A stretch of DNA of 64,000 bases from a virus, in the IMG/VR virus record IMGVR_UViG_3300020438_004435; one strand, 5' to 3'. Positions 9,072 to 19,470 of this stretch are shown here, one piece after another. Each line of letters starts with the position of its first letter. Position 1 is the first letter of the stretch. Made by a program: the position numbers and the translations under genes. Below the pieces are notes generated by a model. It was not told the origin of the DNA and did not search any database. It saw nothing but the letters and a program-made list of their open reading frames with translations.

Positions 9072-9685
9072 CTTGGAGTTCTCCTTACTGGTCTGGTCGA
9101 TCTTTTATTAGTATTGACCTTTATATTATTTCTATTTGTATTGACCTTTATATTATTTCTATTTGTATTTACTTTAACATTATTTCTATTTGTATTTACT
9201 TTAACATTATTTCTATTTGTATTGATTTTTACATTATTTCTATTTGTATTAATCTTTACATTATTTCTATTTGTAGATTTTACTTTATTAATTGAAGGTC
9301 TTGGAGTATATGTTCTACCCTTGCCATTATTAAATTTGGATCCTCTAGGATTTCTTACTATTCTTGAATTATTTAATTGAATAGAAACATGTGTGTGAGA
9401 ACTATAAGTGTAAGGGGGTAGTATGGTATACCAATACCACCACGGATATAAATGTGGTACACCATAATAATAATAAAAATTGTTATGGAATCCCCAATAT
9501 GGTAAATCATCATGATAATAAACCTGTGTCGAGTGATCTCTGGAATCACAACATGAATGATCAGATAGACAATGTTGCCCTCTTTCCATTAATTCACAAT
9601 TATGAGCCTGTGAACTGTATGTGCCTTCATAGATTGTGCATCCTGACATCATTGCTAGACTTATTATTATAATTAAATTTTTCAT
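9068..9685 (-). CDS. Lipoprotein with a Tyr/Trp-rich segment and Asn/Arg-rich repeat tail
   Basis: MKNLIIIISLAMMSG-C lipobox; start more likely 9685 than 9700. Confidence 0.6.
   Translation of the reverse strand: MKNLIIIISLAMMSGCTIYEGTYSSQAHNCELMERGQHCLSDHSCCDSRDHSTQVYYHDDLPYWGFHNNFYYYYGVPHLYPWWYWYTILPPYTYSSHTHVSIQLNNSRIVRNPRGSKFNNGKGRTYTPRPSINKVKSTNRNNVKINTNRNNVKINTNRNNVKVNTNRNNVKVNTNRNNIKVNTNRNNIKVNTNKRSTRPVRRTPR
9111..9272. repeat. Six tandem 27-bp repeats (N-[IV]-K-[IV]-N-T-N-R-N), plus a partial seventh
   Basis: Units start at 9111, 9138, 9165, 9192, 9219 and 9246; consensus near gtattgacctttatattatttctattt. Confidence 0.9.
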
Positions 9686-9686
9686 A

Positions 9687-10316
9687 TTATTTTCCTTCAT
9701 GCATTTTATGATGTTCCCATGCTAAATCCGAAACCACCTTCATAAATTGTTTTCTAGCTTTTTTGTATATTGATTTATGTTTCGATTCCTTTAACCCTCT
9801 TTCAAATTTATCTAGGTCCACAGTTAGAAAGTTTTGTAGTGCTGTAATTTTACTAAATTCAGATCCACCATATTCGCTTACTAATTCAGCATCTCTATCT
9901 AGCATAGTAATTACTCTTTCCATTTCAGCTTCTGCCTTTTTTCTTTTTGCGGTAAGCTGTCGAGCTATATCCATATATTTTTTAGTATCCTTTCCTGCTG
10001 CCTTAGCTGCTTTGTATTTGTCTATATTAGCCAACATTACTAAATTTATTTTAGATACTGCATCATATGCTTTGGATATATCCTTTGCACCTACTTTTGC
10101 TTCTGTCTTCATGCCTAATTTACCTTTATATAATTTAACAAGTCTTGCATTGCCAGCTGATTGATGTTTTCTTAAAAGTCTTTTATGATCTTTATCAGGG
10201 TTAGCTGTAGTATGTTCGTATGGTCCATCCTTATATGTTACAGGCTTACCATCCTTCTTTGCCTTTTTCTTTTTAGCTATAGCAATAGCCGCATTTTGAG
10301 CTATTGATTTCCCCAT
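9687..10316 (-). CDS. Basic helical hypothetical protein
   Basis: 209 aa, coupled to both neighbours. Confidence 0.55.
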   Translation of the reverse strand: MGKSIAQNAAIAIAKKKKAKKDGKPVTYKDGPYEHTTANPDKDHKRLLRKHQSAGNARLVKLYKGKLGMKTEAKVGAKDISKAYDAVSKINLVMLANIDKYKAAKAAGKDTKKYMDIARQLTAKRKKAEAEMERVITMLDRDAELVSEYGGSEFSKITALQNFLTVDLDKFERGLKESKHKSIYKKARKQFMKVVSDLAWEHHKMHEGK

Positions 10317-11335
10317 TAGTATGCTCGTCCTAAAGTTTTAACATCAACATATGCTTTAGCTTTATCAAGTTTAGATAGTTCCATTTTCAATTTATTGAAT
10401 TCATCTTTAACTTCTTTAGCTTTGTTAGCCATTGATGATTTTTCATAGTCGACGCTATATTTAGCTTGATCTGGTTTATCTTTATACTTGGCTTTAACCG
10501 CTTCTATATTAGCTCCTGCTCGCATATATTCTTCGAATGCTCTAATCATATAATTATATCTATGTCCAATAGTTTTTACTGTATCAGCGTAATATGAATC
10601 TCTTGGAATAAATCCTTGTTTCATTTTAGTAAGCTTTTCTTGTAGAGCTGCTTCATACATTTTAGTAGCTGTTTCTAATAATTTTATTATTGGACCTTTA
10701 CCAGCTTCTCCTGCTTTTATAGTCAATGCTTTTCTATATCTAGCTATATTATCTTGTTTCATTTTTTTAGCGTCCATCATTGCCGTTGCACCTGCTTTTG
10801 CAGCTGCTCGATCTGCGATTTTCTGTTTTGCACCTCTAGCTGCTTCATCTGGATCTAAATGGTATACCTGTGCACCATCAATTTTCATTATATCTTTAAT
10901 AGAAGCAAATCCACGTTTATCTAATCCGATAAATGCTCTGCCTGATCCTGCTCCTGTTCTGATGCCTCTACCTATCCATACTCTTTTACCTTTAATTGTA
11001 ACCGCTAATAGTTGACCTGCTCCTATACGAGTTCTCCAGTCATATCTAGAGGAAGCTGGTATTTCTGTATCTTTTGAAGCTATTACTATATCAATACCTT
11101 TGTTATCTATTCGCGTGTCAGGACCCTTTACCATATCATCAGTAAGTTGATCCCATTGAACTCCATATTGTCTAGCCATATCATCTAAAAATGATTTGTC
11201 TTTACCCCATTTACCTACCTTTCCAAATAATGATGCTATTTTTCTAGATGCAAATTTTTCATTAAGAATTAATTTAGATTCCTTAATAATTGATGTTAAT
11301 TCTTCCTTGATAATTTTTCTAATAATTTTTTTCAT
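10316..11335 (-). CDS. Hypothetical protein with IIKEE...IIKE...ILNE leader (putative internal head protein)
   Basis: N-terminus MKKIIRKIIKEELTSIIKESKLILNE. Confidence 0.55.
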   Translation of the reverse strand: MKKIIRKIIKEELTSIIKESKLILNEKFASRKIASLFGKVGKWGKDKSFLDDMARQYGVQWDQLTDDMVKGPDTRIDNKGIDIVIASKDTEIPASSRYDWRTRIGAGQLLAVTIKGKRVWIGRGIRTGAGSGRAFIGLDKRGFASIKDIMKIDGAQVYHLDPDEAARGAKQKIADRAAAKAGATAMMDAKKMKQDNIARYRKALTIKAGEAGKGPIIKLLETATKMYEAALQEKLTKMKQGFIPRDSYYADTVKTIGHRYNYMIRAFEEYMRAGANIEAVKAKYKDKPDQAKYSVDYEKSSMANKAKEVKDEFNKLKMELSKLDKAKAYVDVKTLGRAY

Positions 11336-11341
11336 AATTTC

Positions 11342-11731
11342 CTAACCCTTAAATATTTGTTTTTTACCGCCATTATATACGTATGCATGGCCTTCAGTTA
11401 TAAGTGCATCATTAATACATATTTGTTTACCATCCTTATCCATAATAAATAGTTCTCCAAGGACTCTACCATATTTACCTAGACCATAAGATTTTAATCT
11501 AAAGTATCCTGGTTTATCACTTACTTCCTCTATTAATTGTTTATTTCTTGCTTTAGCAGCTAGACCTAATTTTTTTTCTTCAAGGTCTCTTGTTCGGCTT
11601 TCCCATGCATCAAGACCTTTATATCTGATTCTTTTTTTGACCCAAATATCAAACCCTACGTCAATCATTGCATCAACCGTATCACCATCAACTACTCTAT
11701 CTAACTTTGCTCTGTAAATATACTTTTCCAT
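11342..11731 (-). CDS. Thermonuclease (staphylococcal nuclease-like)
   Basis: RVVDGDTVD...RIRYKGLDAWE...GKYGRVLG...LITEGHAYVY motifs. Confidence 0.85.
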   Translation of the reverse strand: MEKYIYRAKLDRVVDGDTVDAMIDVGFDIWVKKRIRYKGLDAWESRTRDLEEKKLGLAAKARNKQLIEEVSDKPGYFRLKSYGLGKYGRVLGELFIMDKDGKQICINDALITEGHAYVYNGGKKQIFKG

Positions 11732-14700
11732 TATTTCCCTAAAACTATTCTTCTATTATATATTACGTTATTATATTCAATGTATAAATTATATACTCCT
11801 GGTTTATAATTTGCAATATCAATTGGCTCTTTAACATCCTTAATAAACATTATATTATTACCTAACATATCAGTAATACCAACATCAAATGAGCCTTTTG
11901 CCTCTATTATAAATAGGCCTTTTGTAGGATTAGGATATATTTTTATGCTATTTCTATCAATTAGATCTGTAGTAGATAAGGGATCTCCAAATGCACAATT
12001 ATTATATTGTGATTGACAAAAGTTATCCCATTGATTGTTTAAGCAATAAGGATCTACCTCATATACTACCCATGCATAACAGGTATCATTTAACCAATAC
12101 GGATTTCCAGCTCCTGTTACTGTATTTAGGTCATAGTATAAACAGCTACCATCATCAGTATTGGCTAGTGGATCATAATTGTTAACTATTACAGTATTAA
12201 ATCCTGGAATATAGTTTGGATAAGTATTATATAAATAACCTTGAAAGTCATAATCATCTGTACATCCGTAAACTGTTGCAATACAAGTTCCATTATCTAC
12301 ATTTGCTAAAGGATCATAATTAAATGCTGTTGAATCAGTACAACCAAATATCTGAGCTATACAAGGATCTGATACATCTGTTGATGATACCTGATTTGTA
12401 TTACAGGGTGCGCAATAATTAAGAGCTGGTAATCCATCTCCATTAAAATCATTACCTTGACCATCATCCATACATCCATATATAAATGGTACACAAACAT
12501 TAGCTGGTTGTGTATTTGCTAATGGATTATAATTAAACATTGTAGTATCCATGCATCCATAAACAAAAGGTATGCAAGATCCATTGTCTACATTTGCTAG
12601 TGGATTGTAATTAAACATTGTAATATCCATACATCCAAACACTTTTGTTATACATGTTCCATTTTCTGTATTTGCTAATGGATTATAATTAAGTGCTGGC
12701 AATCCATCTCCATCATAATCAATAACAATTCCATCATCCATACATCCTAATACTACTCCTATACAACTACCATCATCAATATTTGCTAGAGAATTATAAT
12801 TGAATGATATTGGATTCATACATCCATATACCGCTAGATCTGTACAGCTTCCATTATCGTAGTCTGCAGTAAATCCTTGAGTCCAGAATTGAAGATACAA
12901 TGGATCAGTACAACCTGGATTATAATAACATGAGCCATCTAATGTATTTGCTAGAGGGTTATAATTAGCTGCAGTTGCATCTGTACATCCATATATAAAT
13001 GGAATACATGTCCCATTATCAGTATTAGCTGCTGGATTATAATTCCACATTGTAGAATCCATACAACCATATATAAATGGTATACAACTACCATCGGCTA
13101 AATTAGCTTGTGGGTTATAGTTAAATTGTGTAGCATCCATACATCCATATATAACGGAATCAATACACGAGCCATCATCATAATCAGCTGTAAATCCTTG
13201 ATTCCAAAATTGTATAAAATTAGGATCAGTGCATCCAGGAGCATAATAACAAGAACCATCTGTTGTATTTGCAAGTGGATTAAAATTAGCAGCTGTCATA
13301 TCCATACACCCATATACAAAAGGAATGCAGGTTCCATTATCCGTATTGGCTAGTGGATTATAGTTAAACATAGTAGTATCCATACAACCATAAATATATG
13401 GAACACAGGACCCATTATCAATATTCGCATTAGCATTATAGTTGAACATTGTATTATCCATACAACCATATAATACAGAATCAACACAACTACCATCATC
13501 AAAATCCGCTACAAAACCTTGCGTATAAAATTGTAGGAAATTTGCATCAGTACAACCTGGATTATAGTAACAACTATTATCATTCGTATTTGCTAATTGA
13601 TCCCAATTTGCCGCAAGAGGATCAGTACAGCCGTATATAAATGGAACACATGTTCCGTTATCAGTATTGGCTAATGGATTATAATTCCACATTGTAGAAT
13701 CTGTACATCCATAGATATATGATACACAGCTGTTATCATTAGTATTAGCGTTAGGGTCATAATTTAACGCAGTAGGATCGGTACAACCATATATAAATGG
13801 TATACAGGTACCATTATCTGTATTGGCTAGAGGGTCATAATTAAATGCTGTTGTATCTGTGCAACCATAAATAAAAGGTTCACAACTTCCATTATCTGTA
13901 TTGGCTAATATATCATAATTCCACATAGTAGGATCAGTACAACCATATATAAATGGTATACATGAACTATCACTAGTATTTGCAAATACATCATAATTCC
14001 ACATCAATGGATCTATACATCCATAAATAAATGGAATACAACTTCCGTCATTAGTGTTTGCTAATGAATCATAATTATACATTGTAGAATCGGTACAGCC
14101 GTAAATATAAGGTATGCATGAACCATCATCTGTATTTGCTAATATATTATAATTTAATGCCGTTGAGTCTGTACATCCTAATTGTTCTGCTATACAACTT
14201 CCATCGTCTGTATTTGCTAAGGCATTATAATTTATAGCAGTTGAATCTGTACATCCATATAGGAAAGGTATGCATGTTCCATCATTTGTATTTGCTAATG
14301 GATCATAATTTAACATTGTAGAATCTGTACATCCATAAACATAAGGTAGGCATGAACCATTATCAGTATTGGCGGTTATATCGTAGTTCCACATTGTAGA
14401 GTCCATACAACCATATATTACTGGAATACATGAATAATCTTCTGTATTACAAAAAGAACAATAATTAAATGCTGCTGGATCCAAACATCCAAATACTTTT
14501 GTTATACATGGATCTGTTGTATCAACTACAGAGGTCCATTGAACTGTAGCATATTGATCGAAATTAAACATAGTTGAATCAGTACAACCAAATATTGCAT
14601 ATGTACTACAAGATCCATCATTAAAGTCTGCAACGTATCCTTGTGTATGATATTCTAGATAAGCTGGATCAGTACATCCAGGATTAAAATAACAAGATGT

Positions 14701-16851
14701 ATCTGATGTATTTGCTAATGGGTTATAATTTACTGCTAATGGATTAGTACATCCGAATACTCTCGGTATGCAAACATTACCACAAAGAGCGGTTCCAGTA
14801 TAATAATGTTGATATAGGTTATATTCTAAAATTGGATCAGTATAAGGATTAGTTCCACCTGTTGCAATAACAGTTCCTATAGGATTTATTATTGCAAACA
14901 TACATTGTTCCGATGTGGTTTGGGAGTTACCAAATGAGTAGAAAAATACTTTTACTTCGTGTGCTGTATTCAAAGGTATAGCAGTAGTAAATGTTGAACC
15001 GGTATCAACAGTGAAAGGACCCCAATGATTATTACCTTGAGTTACTACTAAAAATGATCCTGCCCATCCATTACCTGCCCAATCAGTTAAAACCAAAGTA
15101 TTAAGACAACCAGGATTTAACTGCATGCTAGTTACAGTTGGATCATAATTAAATGCTGCTGGATCTGTACAACCATAAGTGTGAGGTGTTATACAGAATG
15201 TGGTGTCCATCTGATTAGCAAGAGGATTATATTCTACAAAATTAGGATTAGTACATCCTACAATTAAATTTGTTATACAGCTATTTACGGTTCCGGTATC
15301 AGAATAATTATATCCAAAATCTCCTCCTCCCATCGAAATAGTATCACAGTCAGTATATACTATCCATTCTCCATCTATACCACCAAATTGAGCTCCACCC
15401 AATCCATCACCGTATGAATCATTTATTTGAAACTCAATAGGCATTCCATTATCTATACAGATTTCTTGTGTTACTATTGCTCCTGTAGGAAATCCTGAAT
15501 ATGTTCCTTGTGTAACTTGAGTATGTATTCCAACGGAGTCAAATAATATCCATCCTGTTTCATTAGCATATTGATCTAACATTATTTCGATTGTTAGTTT
15601 TGTTTTTCCTGGAGAACATACAATGCCTCCTCCACCTACACATGTTCCATCATCTTGAGTTGCTGCTGGATTATAGTTAGTTGATGTTGAATCCATACAA
15701 CCTGTAATAAATAAACAGCTACCATCATCTAATCCTGCTGTATCAACATAATTTATTGCTAGTGAATCGGTACAACCTTCGATGTATTCACAAGGTGAAA
15801 TATACCAATAATCCCCTACTGTAACAGGAGCATATAATCCACCACTAGGATCAAAAGTCCAGATATTTCCATCAGCTTGTGATTGATTTCTTACTACATA
15901 AACTAGAATAGCGGGACTATTGCAATTTTGTGGCCAGTCAATACCATCAACAAAATACTCGTTACCATCTAACCATATTTTATTTCCTACATCCCATGCT
16001 GTTATATTACCAATCCAATCCATAAAGGATATACCAAAGTAGTTTGCAGTCCATTGTTGAGTGTTACAAGTTCCACCTGCAGCTACATATCCACTTACAA
16101 AACCTTGAGTAGCAGTTGAATCATAATTGTAAGCTATAGGATCTTGACAACCGAATATATAAATACAAAGTCCATTGTCTTGAGTAGCAAGTGAGTCATA
16201 ATTTTCTGCAATAGTGTCCATACAACCATAGAGGTATGTACAGCTTCCATCATTACCAGTAGCCAAAGAATCATAATTTTCTGCAATACTATCCGTACAA
16301 CCCCAGATTGGAGGGTTACCTATTTCTACATCATCTATAGCAATATCACTAGTCCAACTAATTCCTGTTTCTGCTTCGAATGATACTAAAAAATTACCCA
16401 CTAAACCTAAACTGTCGAGTGGGTATGCTTTGAAAAGCCAAAAATCTCCTTGATCACCCACGATTGAATCTAAATGAAACCATCCATTATCATCGTGAAT
16501 AAAAATATCTAGACGACCCATGTCGTCTCCATACATATGATACCAGAATTTTAATGCTTGACCTGGTGTTCCTGATATATCGAATGAATCGGTTTGGCAT
16601 ACAAATAATTTTTCTGGATGATTAGGAACAGATGATTCTACATACCAGTAATTACCACCACCTGTCATATCATCCGAAGGGCCTGTATTTACCGACCAAG
16701 TAGGACCTGAATTTAATATCCAATCACCATCATCGTCTTGTATGTTTTCTAAATCTCCACCGGTATCAAAATTTTCTATCCATGGAAATGAGGTTATTTG
16801 TGTATGACCTAATAAAGGTATCAGTAGTAGTAGTAGTATTAATTTTTTCAT
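11731..16851 (-). CDS. Type IX secretion system cargo-like protein: signal peptide, MAM-like domain, about 38 GC(T/M)D Cys repeats, C-terminal T9SS type A sorting domain
   Basis: MKKLILLLLLIPLLGHTQ signal; WILNSGPTWSVNTGPSDDMTGGGNYWYVESS (MAM-like); C-terminal IKIYPNPTKG...IANYKPGVYNLYIEYNNVIYNRRIVLGK. Confidence 0.85.
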   Translation of the reverse strand: MKKLILLLLLIPLLGHTQITSFPWIENFDTGGDLENIQDDDGDWILNSGPTWSVNTGPSDDMTGGGNYWYVESSVPNHPEKLFVCQTDSFDISGTPGQALKFWYHMYGDDMGRLDIFIHDDNGWFHLDSIVGDQGDFWLFKAYPLDSLGLVGNFLVSFEAETGISWTSDIAIDDVEIGNPPIWGCTDSIAENYDSLATGNDGSCTYLYGCMDTIAENYDSLATQDNGLCIYIFGCQDPIAYNYDSTATQGFVSGYVAAGGTCNTQQWTANYFGISFMDWIGNITAWDVGNKIWLDGNEYFVDGIDWPQNCNSPAILVYVVRNQSQADGNIWTFDPSGGLYAPVTVGDYWYISPCEYIEGCTDSLAINYVDTAGLDDGSCLFITGCMDSTSTNYNPAATQDDGTCVGGGGIVCSPGKTKLTIEIMLDQYANETGWILFDSVGIHTQVTQGTYSGFPTGAIVTQEICIDNGMPIEFQINDSYGDGLGGAQFGGIDGEWIVYTDCDTISMGGGDFGYNYSDTGTVNSCITNLIVGCTNPNFVEYNPLANQMDTTFCITPHTYGCTDPAAFNYDPTVTSMQLNPGCLNTLVLTDWAGNGWAGSFLVVTQGNNHWGPFTVDTGSTFTTAIPLNTAHEVKVFFYSFGNSQTTSEQCMFAIINPIGTVIATGGTNPYTDPILEYNLYQHYYTGTALCGNVCIPRVFGCTNPLAVNYNPLANTSDTSCYFNPGCTDPAYLEYHTQGYVADFNDGSCSTYAIFGCTDSTMFNFDQYATVQWTSVVDTTDPCITKVFGCLDPAAFNYCSFCNTEDYSCIPVIYGCMDSTMWNYDITANTDNGSCLPYVYGCTDSTMLNYDPLANTNDGTCIPFLYGCTDSTAINYNALANTDDGSCIAEQLGCTDSTALNYNILANTDDGSCIPYIYGCTDSTMYNYDSLANTNDGSCIPFIYGCIDPLMWNYDVFANTSDSSCIPFIYGCTDPTMWNYDILANTDNGSCEPFIYGCTDTTAFNYDPLANTDNGTCIPFIYGCTDPTALNYDPNANTNDNSCVSYIYGCTDSTMWNYNPLANTDNGTCVPFIYGCTDPLAANWDQLANTNDNSCYYNPGCTDANFLQFYTQGFVADFDDGSCVDSVLYGCMDNTMFNYNANANIDNGSCVPYIYGCMDTTMFNYNPLANTDNGTCIPFVYGCMDMTAANFNPLANTTDGSCYYAPGCTDPNFIQFWNQGFTADYDDGSCIDSVIYGCMDATQFNYNPQANLADGSCIPFIYGCMDSTMWNYNPAANTDNGTCIPFIYGCTDATAANYNPLANTLDGSCYYNPGCTDPLYLQFWTQGFTADYDNGSCTDLAVYGCMNPISFNYNSLANIDDGSCIGVVLGCMDDGIVIDYDGDGLPALNYNPLANTENGTCITKVFGCMDITMFNYNPLANVDNGSCIPFVYGCMDTTMFNYNPLANTQPANVCVPFIYGCMDDGQGNDFNGDGLPALNYCAPCNTNQVSSTDVSDPCIAQIFGCTDSTAFNYDPLANVDNGTCIATVYGCTDDYDFQGYLYNTYPNYIPGFNTVIVNNYDPLANTDDGSCLYYDLNTVTGAGNPYWLNDTCYAWVVYEVDPYCLNNQWDNFCQSQYNNCAFGDPLSTTDLIDRNSIKIYPNPTKGLFIIEAKGSFDVGITDMLGNNIMFIKDVKEPIDIANYKPGVYNLYIEYNNVIYNRRIVLGK
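12140..16310 (-). repeat. Array of about 38 roughly 26-aa repeats GC(T/M)DxxAxNYxPxANxDDGSC, with a 321-bp higher-order repeat
   Basis: Counted by hand in the translation; the distinctive YYxPGCTD..QF..QGF.ADYDDGSC unit has its Pro codon at 13560, 13239 and 12918 (321 bp apart). Confidence 0.85.
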
Positions 16852-16853
16852 TT

Positions 16854-19265
16854 TTATAAATTCCCTTTAAGTGATATTATGAAATTTCTTCCTGGTGCAG
16901 AAATACCAGATGCGAAAGTTCTGTAGTGTTGATCTAGAATATTTTCAATTCCAAATTGTATTTTAAGGTTATCATTAACCTTGTATTGAGCCGAAGTATT
17001 TAGCGTCCACCAAGAAGGGTAACCTTCATCGGTTCCTAAATCGTCATTATCGACACCGCTAGAATTCATTTCTTCTATATACTTCCATGCAGTGTATATT
17101 CCCCAAATTTTATATTCTAGCTTGCCTGTCTTAATCTTAAATAATGATTTTCCAAATGCAGGAGGTATGTGACCTAGTGGTTCATTATTAGATACATCCC
17201 ATCCTTTTTGCCAAGTAAATGATTCCTCATAGAATAACAAATCTTTGTATAATCTTGATTTTACACCAAATGACCATCCATAAATATATGCCTCAGGTGA
17301 GTTCATTAATGTCTGAACATTTACATCTTCATACTCATGTATTTGAGAATATCCTAAATCTTGTTTTACAATTGCATCCTTCAGGTGTGTATAAAATACG
17401 TTACCTGTACTTTGCATTCTTGGCTTTTTCCAGGTAATACTCATTTCACCATTATATGCATACTCTGGAGTTAGATCCGGATTAGGTATAACCATATTAC
17501 CTTTCTTAACAAATACCTTCCCATAATCATCTATATTTGGATTTCTAAATCCTGATGAAGCTACCCAATCAAATTTCCATTTTTCCGATGGTTTATAAAT
17601 TAAATTAAGATTACCTGTAAGAGCCCCATTATTAAATTCAATCTCATCCGTTACAAATACAGGATCAGTATCTCTAAACACCATATCACCTATAACTCTT
17701 GAATACCTTAATCCAGCATTCCAAACAAAAAATCTATTTACCTCTTTTTTATATGAACTATATAATGCTGCAGTTGATAAATTACTACCACCAGATGGAT
17801 ATCTTGCTTGAGTGCCTTCAGTTGCTGTTGATAATACATTATTATGGGTTAATTCTATTCCATAAACTAATTTATCTAATGAGAAGTCCCAATTAAAACT
17901 AAATACATCTACATCTATATATGTGTTATTATATTCCTCTGATTGATATTTTCTAGTAATCCTATCCTCTTCTATAAATTGATATGCTAATGTAATATTA
18001 TGACTATTAAAGAATTTATTTGTGGTATATGTGTTTATATCTAAAGAAGACATAAATCTTGTTTGAGGTCCATAAGACCATTCACTCCATTTTAATGTTC
18101 CATCCTTATATTCCTGAAGGTTATCATATCTTGGTATATTTGTTGTAGTAGAGAATTGATTGTTAAATCTTACAAAAACATTTTCTGATGTTCTCCATGC
18201 CATGTTGTTTAATATATCTATTTGTCTATATCCTGTGCCGATTTGTATATAAGGATTTTCATTTGATACCATCTGATCATTTTCATCCATATAATAGTTT
18301 ACTAATCCCCAATCACTATATCCATGAGGTCTCCATTGACCCATTTTAAGATCTCCAAATTCCTTAGCTGTTATAGAAAGAAAATTAGCAAAATTATCAC
18401 CACCAATATTATTACTTACATGAAAGGAGTATTCATTGGCTGCAGATCCATATCTAACTTCCGCATTTGTTTTATAGTATGTTTTATCATTTTTACTAAA
18501 TACTGGCTTTTTAGTATAAAAATGAACTACTCCTCCTAATGCATCACTACCATAAATTGTTGATGATGGACCAAAAACCACTTCAACTATTTCTAATGCA
18601 TTTGGATCTACTGTTAAAGCATTTTGTAAATGACCTGAACGATAAATTGCATTATTCATTCGGACTCCATCTACTACCAACAATACTCTATTAGCTTCAA
18701 ATCCTCTAATGATAGGTGAACCTCCGCCTAATTGAGATTTTTGTATAACTACACCTTGATTTGCAGTAAGAAGATCAGCTGTTGTAGATGCATTTGCATT
18801 TTGAATTTGTTTTACATCCAGGGATTGTATTTGGTAGGCTACATTTTCTCGAAGCTCTCTTGCCTTACTAGCTGATATAACGACATCTTCTAAATATTTT
18901 GATGATTGAGCTAATAAGATTACATAATCCTTCTTAGCCATTTCCTCTTTACTAATGTGCCGGGATTCATAACCAATAAAAGATATTGTAATTAATATAA
19001 CATCCGACTTAAATATAGAAAGATCTGCTTGACCATTTATATCTGTAGTAGTTCCTTTGCGTATAGAGTCTTTGAATGTCGTATTATTTCCAGGACTTAT
19101 AAGTAATTGTTTAGATACAATATTAGCAAAAGGAATAGGTTCTAATGTTTGCTGATCCTTTAGCGTTAAGGTTTGTGCGTTAATTGTTTGAGTCATTAGG
19201 AGTAATATTAAAAATACTATATAACCTAATAACAATTTGGAAGATGACCATTTTGTTGTTTTCAT
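16854..19265 (-). CDS. TonB-dependent outer-membrane receptor, Bacteroidota type
   Basis: Signal peptide; N-terminal CarboxypepD_reg-like domain (EPIPFANIV..GTTTDING..ISFIGYE); plug GSPIIRGFEANRVLLVVDGVRMNN...IEVVFGPSSTIYGSDALGGVV; C-terminal NILDQHY...APGRNF. Confidence 0.92.
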   Translation of the reverse strand: MKTTKWSSSKLLLGYIVFLILLLMTQTINAQTLTLKDQQTLEPIPFANIVSKQLLISPGNNTTFKDSIRKGTTTDINGQADLSIFKSDVILITISFIGYESRHISKEEMAKKDYVILLAQSSKYLEDVVISASKARELRENVAYQIQSLDVKQIQNANASTTADLLTANQGVVIQKSQLGGGSPIIRGFEANRVLLVVDGVRMNNAIYRSGHLQNALTVDPNALEIVEVVFGPSSTIYGSDALGGVVHFYTKKPVFSKNDKTYYKTNAEVRYGSAANEYSFHVSNNIGGDNFANFLSITAKEFGDLKMGQWRPHGYSDWGLVNYYMDENDQMVSNENPYIQIGTGYRQIDILNNMAWRTSENVFVRFNNQFSTTTNIPRYDNLQEYKDGTLKWSEWSYGPQTRFMSSLDINTYTTNKFFNSHNITLAYQFIEEDRITRKYQSEEYNNTYIDVDVFSFNWDFSLDKLVYGIELTHNNVLSTATEGTQARYPSGGSNLSTAALYSSYKKEVNRFFVWNAGLRYSRVIGDMVFRDTDPVFVTDEIEFNNGALTGNLNLIYKPSEKWKFDWVASSGFRNPNIDDYGKVFVKKGNMVIPNPDLTPEYAYNGEMSITWKKPRMQSTGNVFYTHLKDAIVKQDLGYSQIHEYEDVNVQTLMNSPEAYIYGWSFGVKSRLYKDLLFYEESFTWQKGWDVSNNEPLGHIPPAFGKSLFKIKTGKLEYKIWGIYTAWKYIEEMNSSGVDNDDLGTDEGYPSWWTLNTSAQYKVNDNLKIQFGIENILDQHYRTFASGISAPGRNFIISLKGNL

Positions 19266-19269
19266 TTCA

Positions 19270-19470
19270 CTACTCCTTATGGTTTTTGCTAAACCAATAA
19301 TCTATAACCTTACCGAATGCTGTAAGAAATGCTCCAATAATAATAAAAAGAAGATCTCTTGTTGTTCCAGTAATGTTTTCAAATACTATCAATTTCAATA
19401 TGTACCAAAAGATAGCAAAAATTGCGGCTGATAATATAAGCCTTGTTAATATATCCCAAATAGCATTCAT
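19270..19470 (-). CDS. Small two-TM membrane protein (holin-like topology)
   Basis: 66 aa with two hydrophobic helices and a short charged C-terminus. Confidence 0.45.
   Translation of the reverse strand: MNAIWDILTRLILSAAIFAIFWYILKLIVFENITGTTRDLLFIIIGAFLTAFGKVIDYWFSKNHKE

Noticed and set aside
9111-9289. Possible CRISPR array
   Set aside because: Repeats are head-to-tail with no spacers, are in frame within a CDS, and no cas genes are adjacent
9063-9380. Hydrophobic + strand ORF with LFLFV repeats that looks like a membrane protein
   Set aside because: It is the antisense reading of the 27-bp repeats in the lipoprotein gene
12140-16310. Diversity-generating retroelement target or template repeats
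   Set aside because: No reverse transcriptase in the window; repeats are in-frame protein repeats and variation is not confined to adenines
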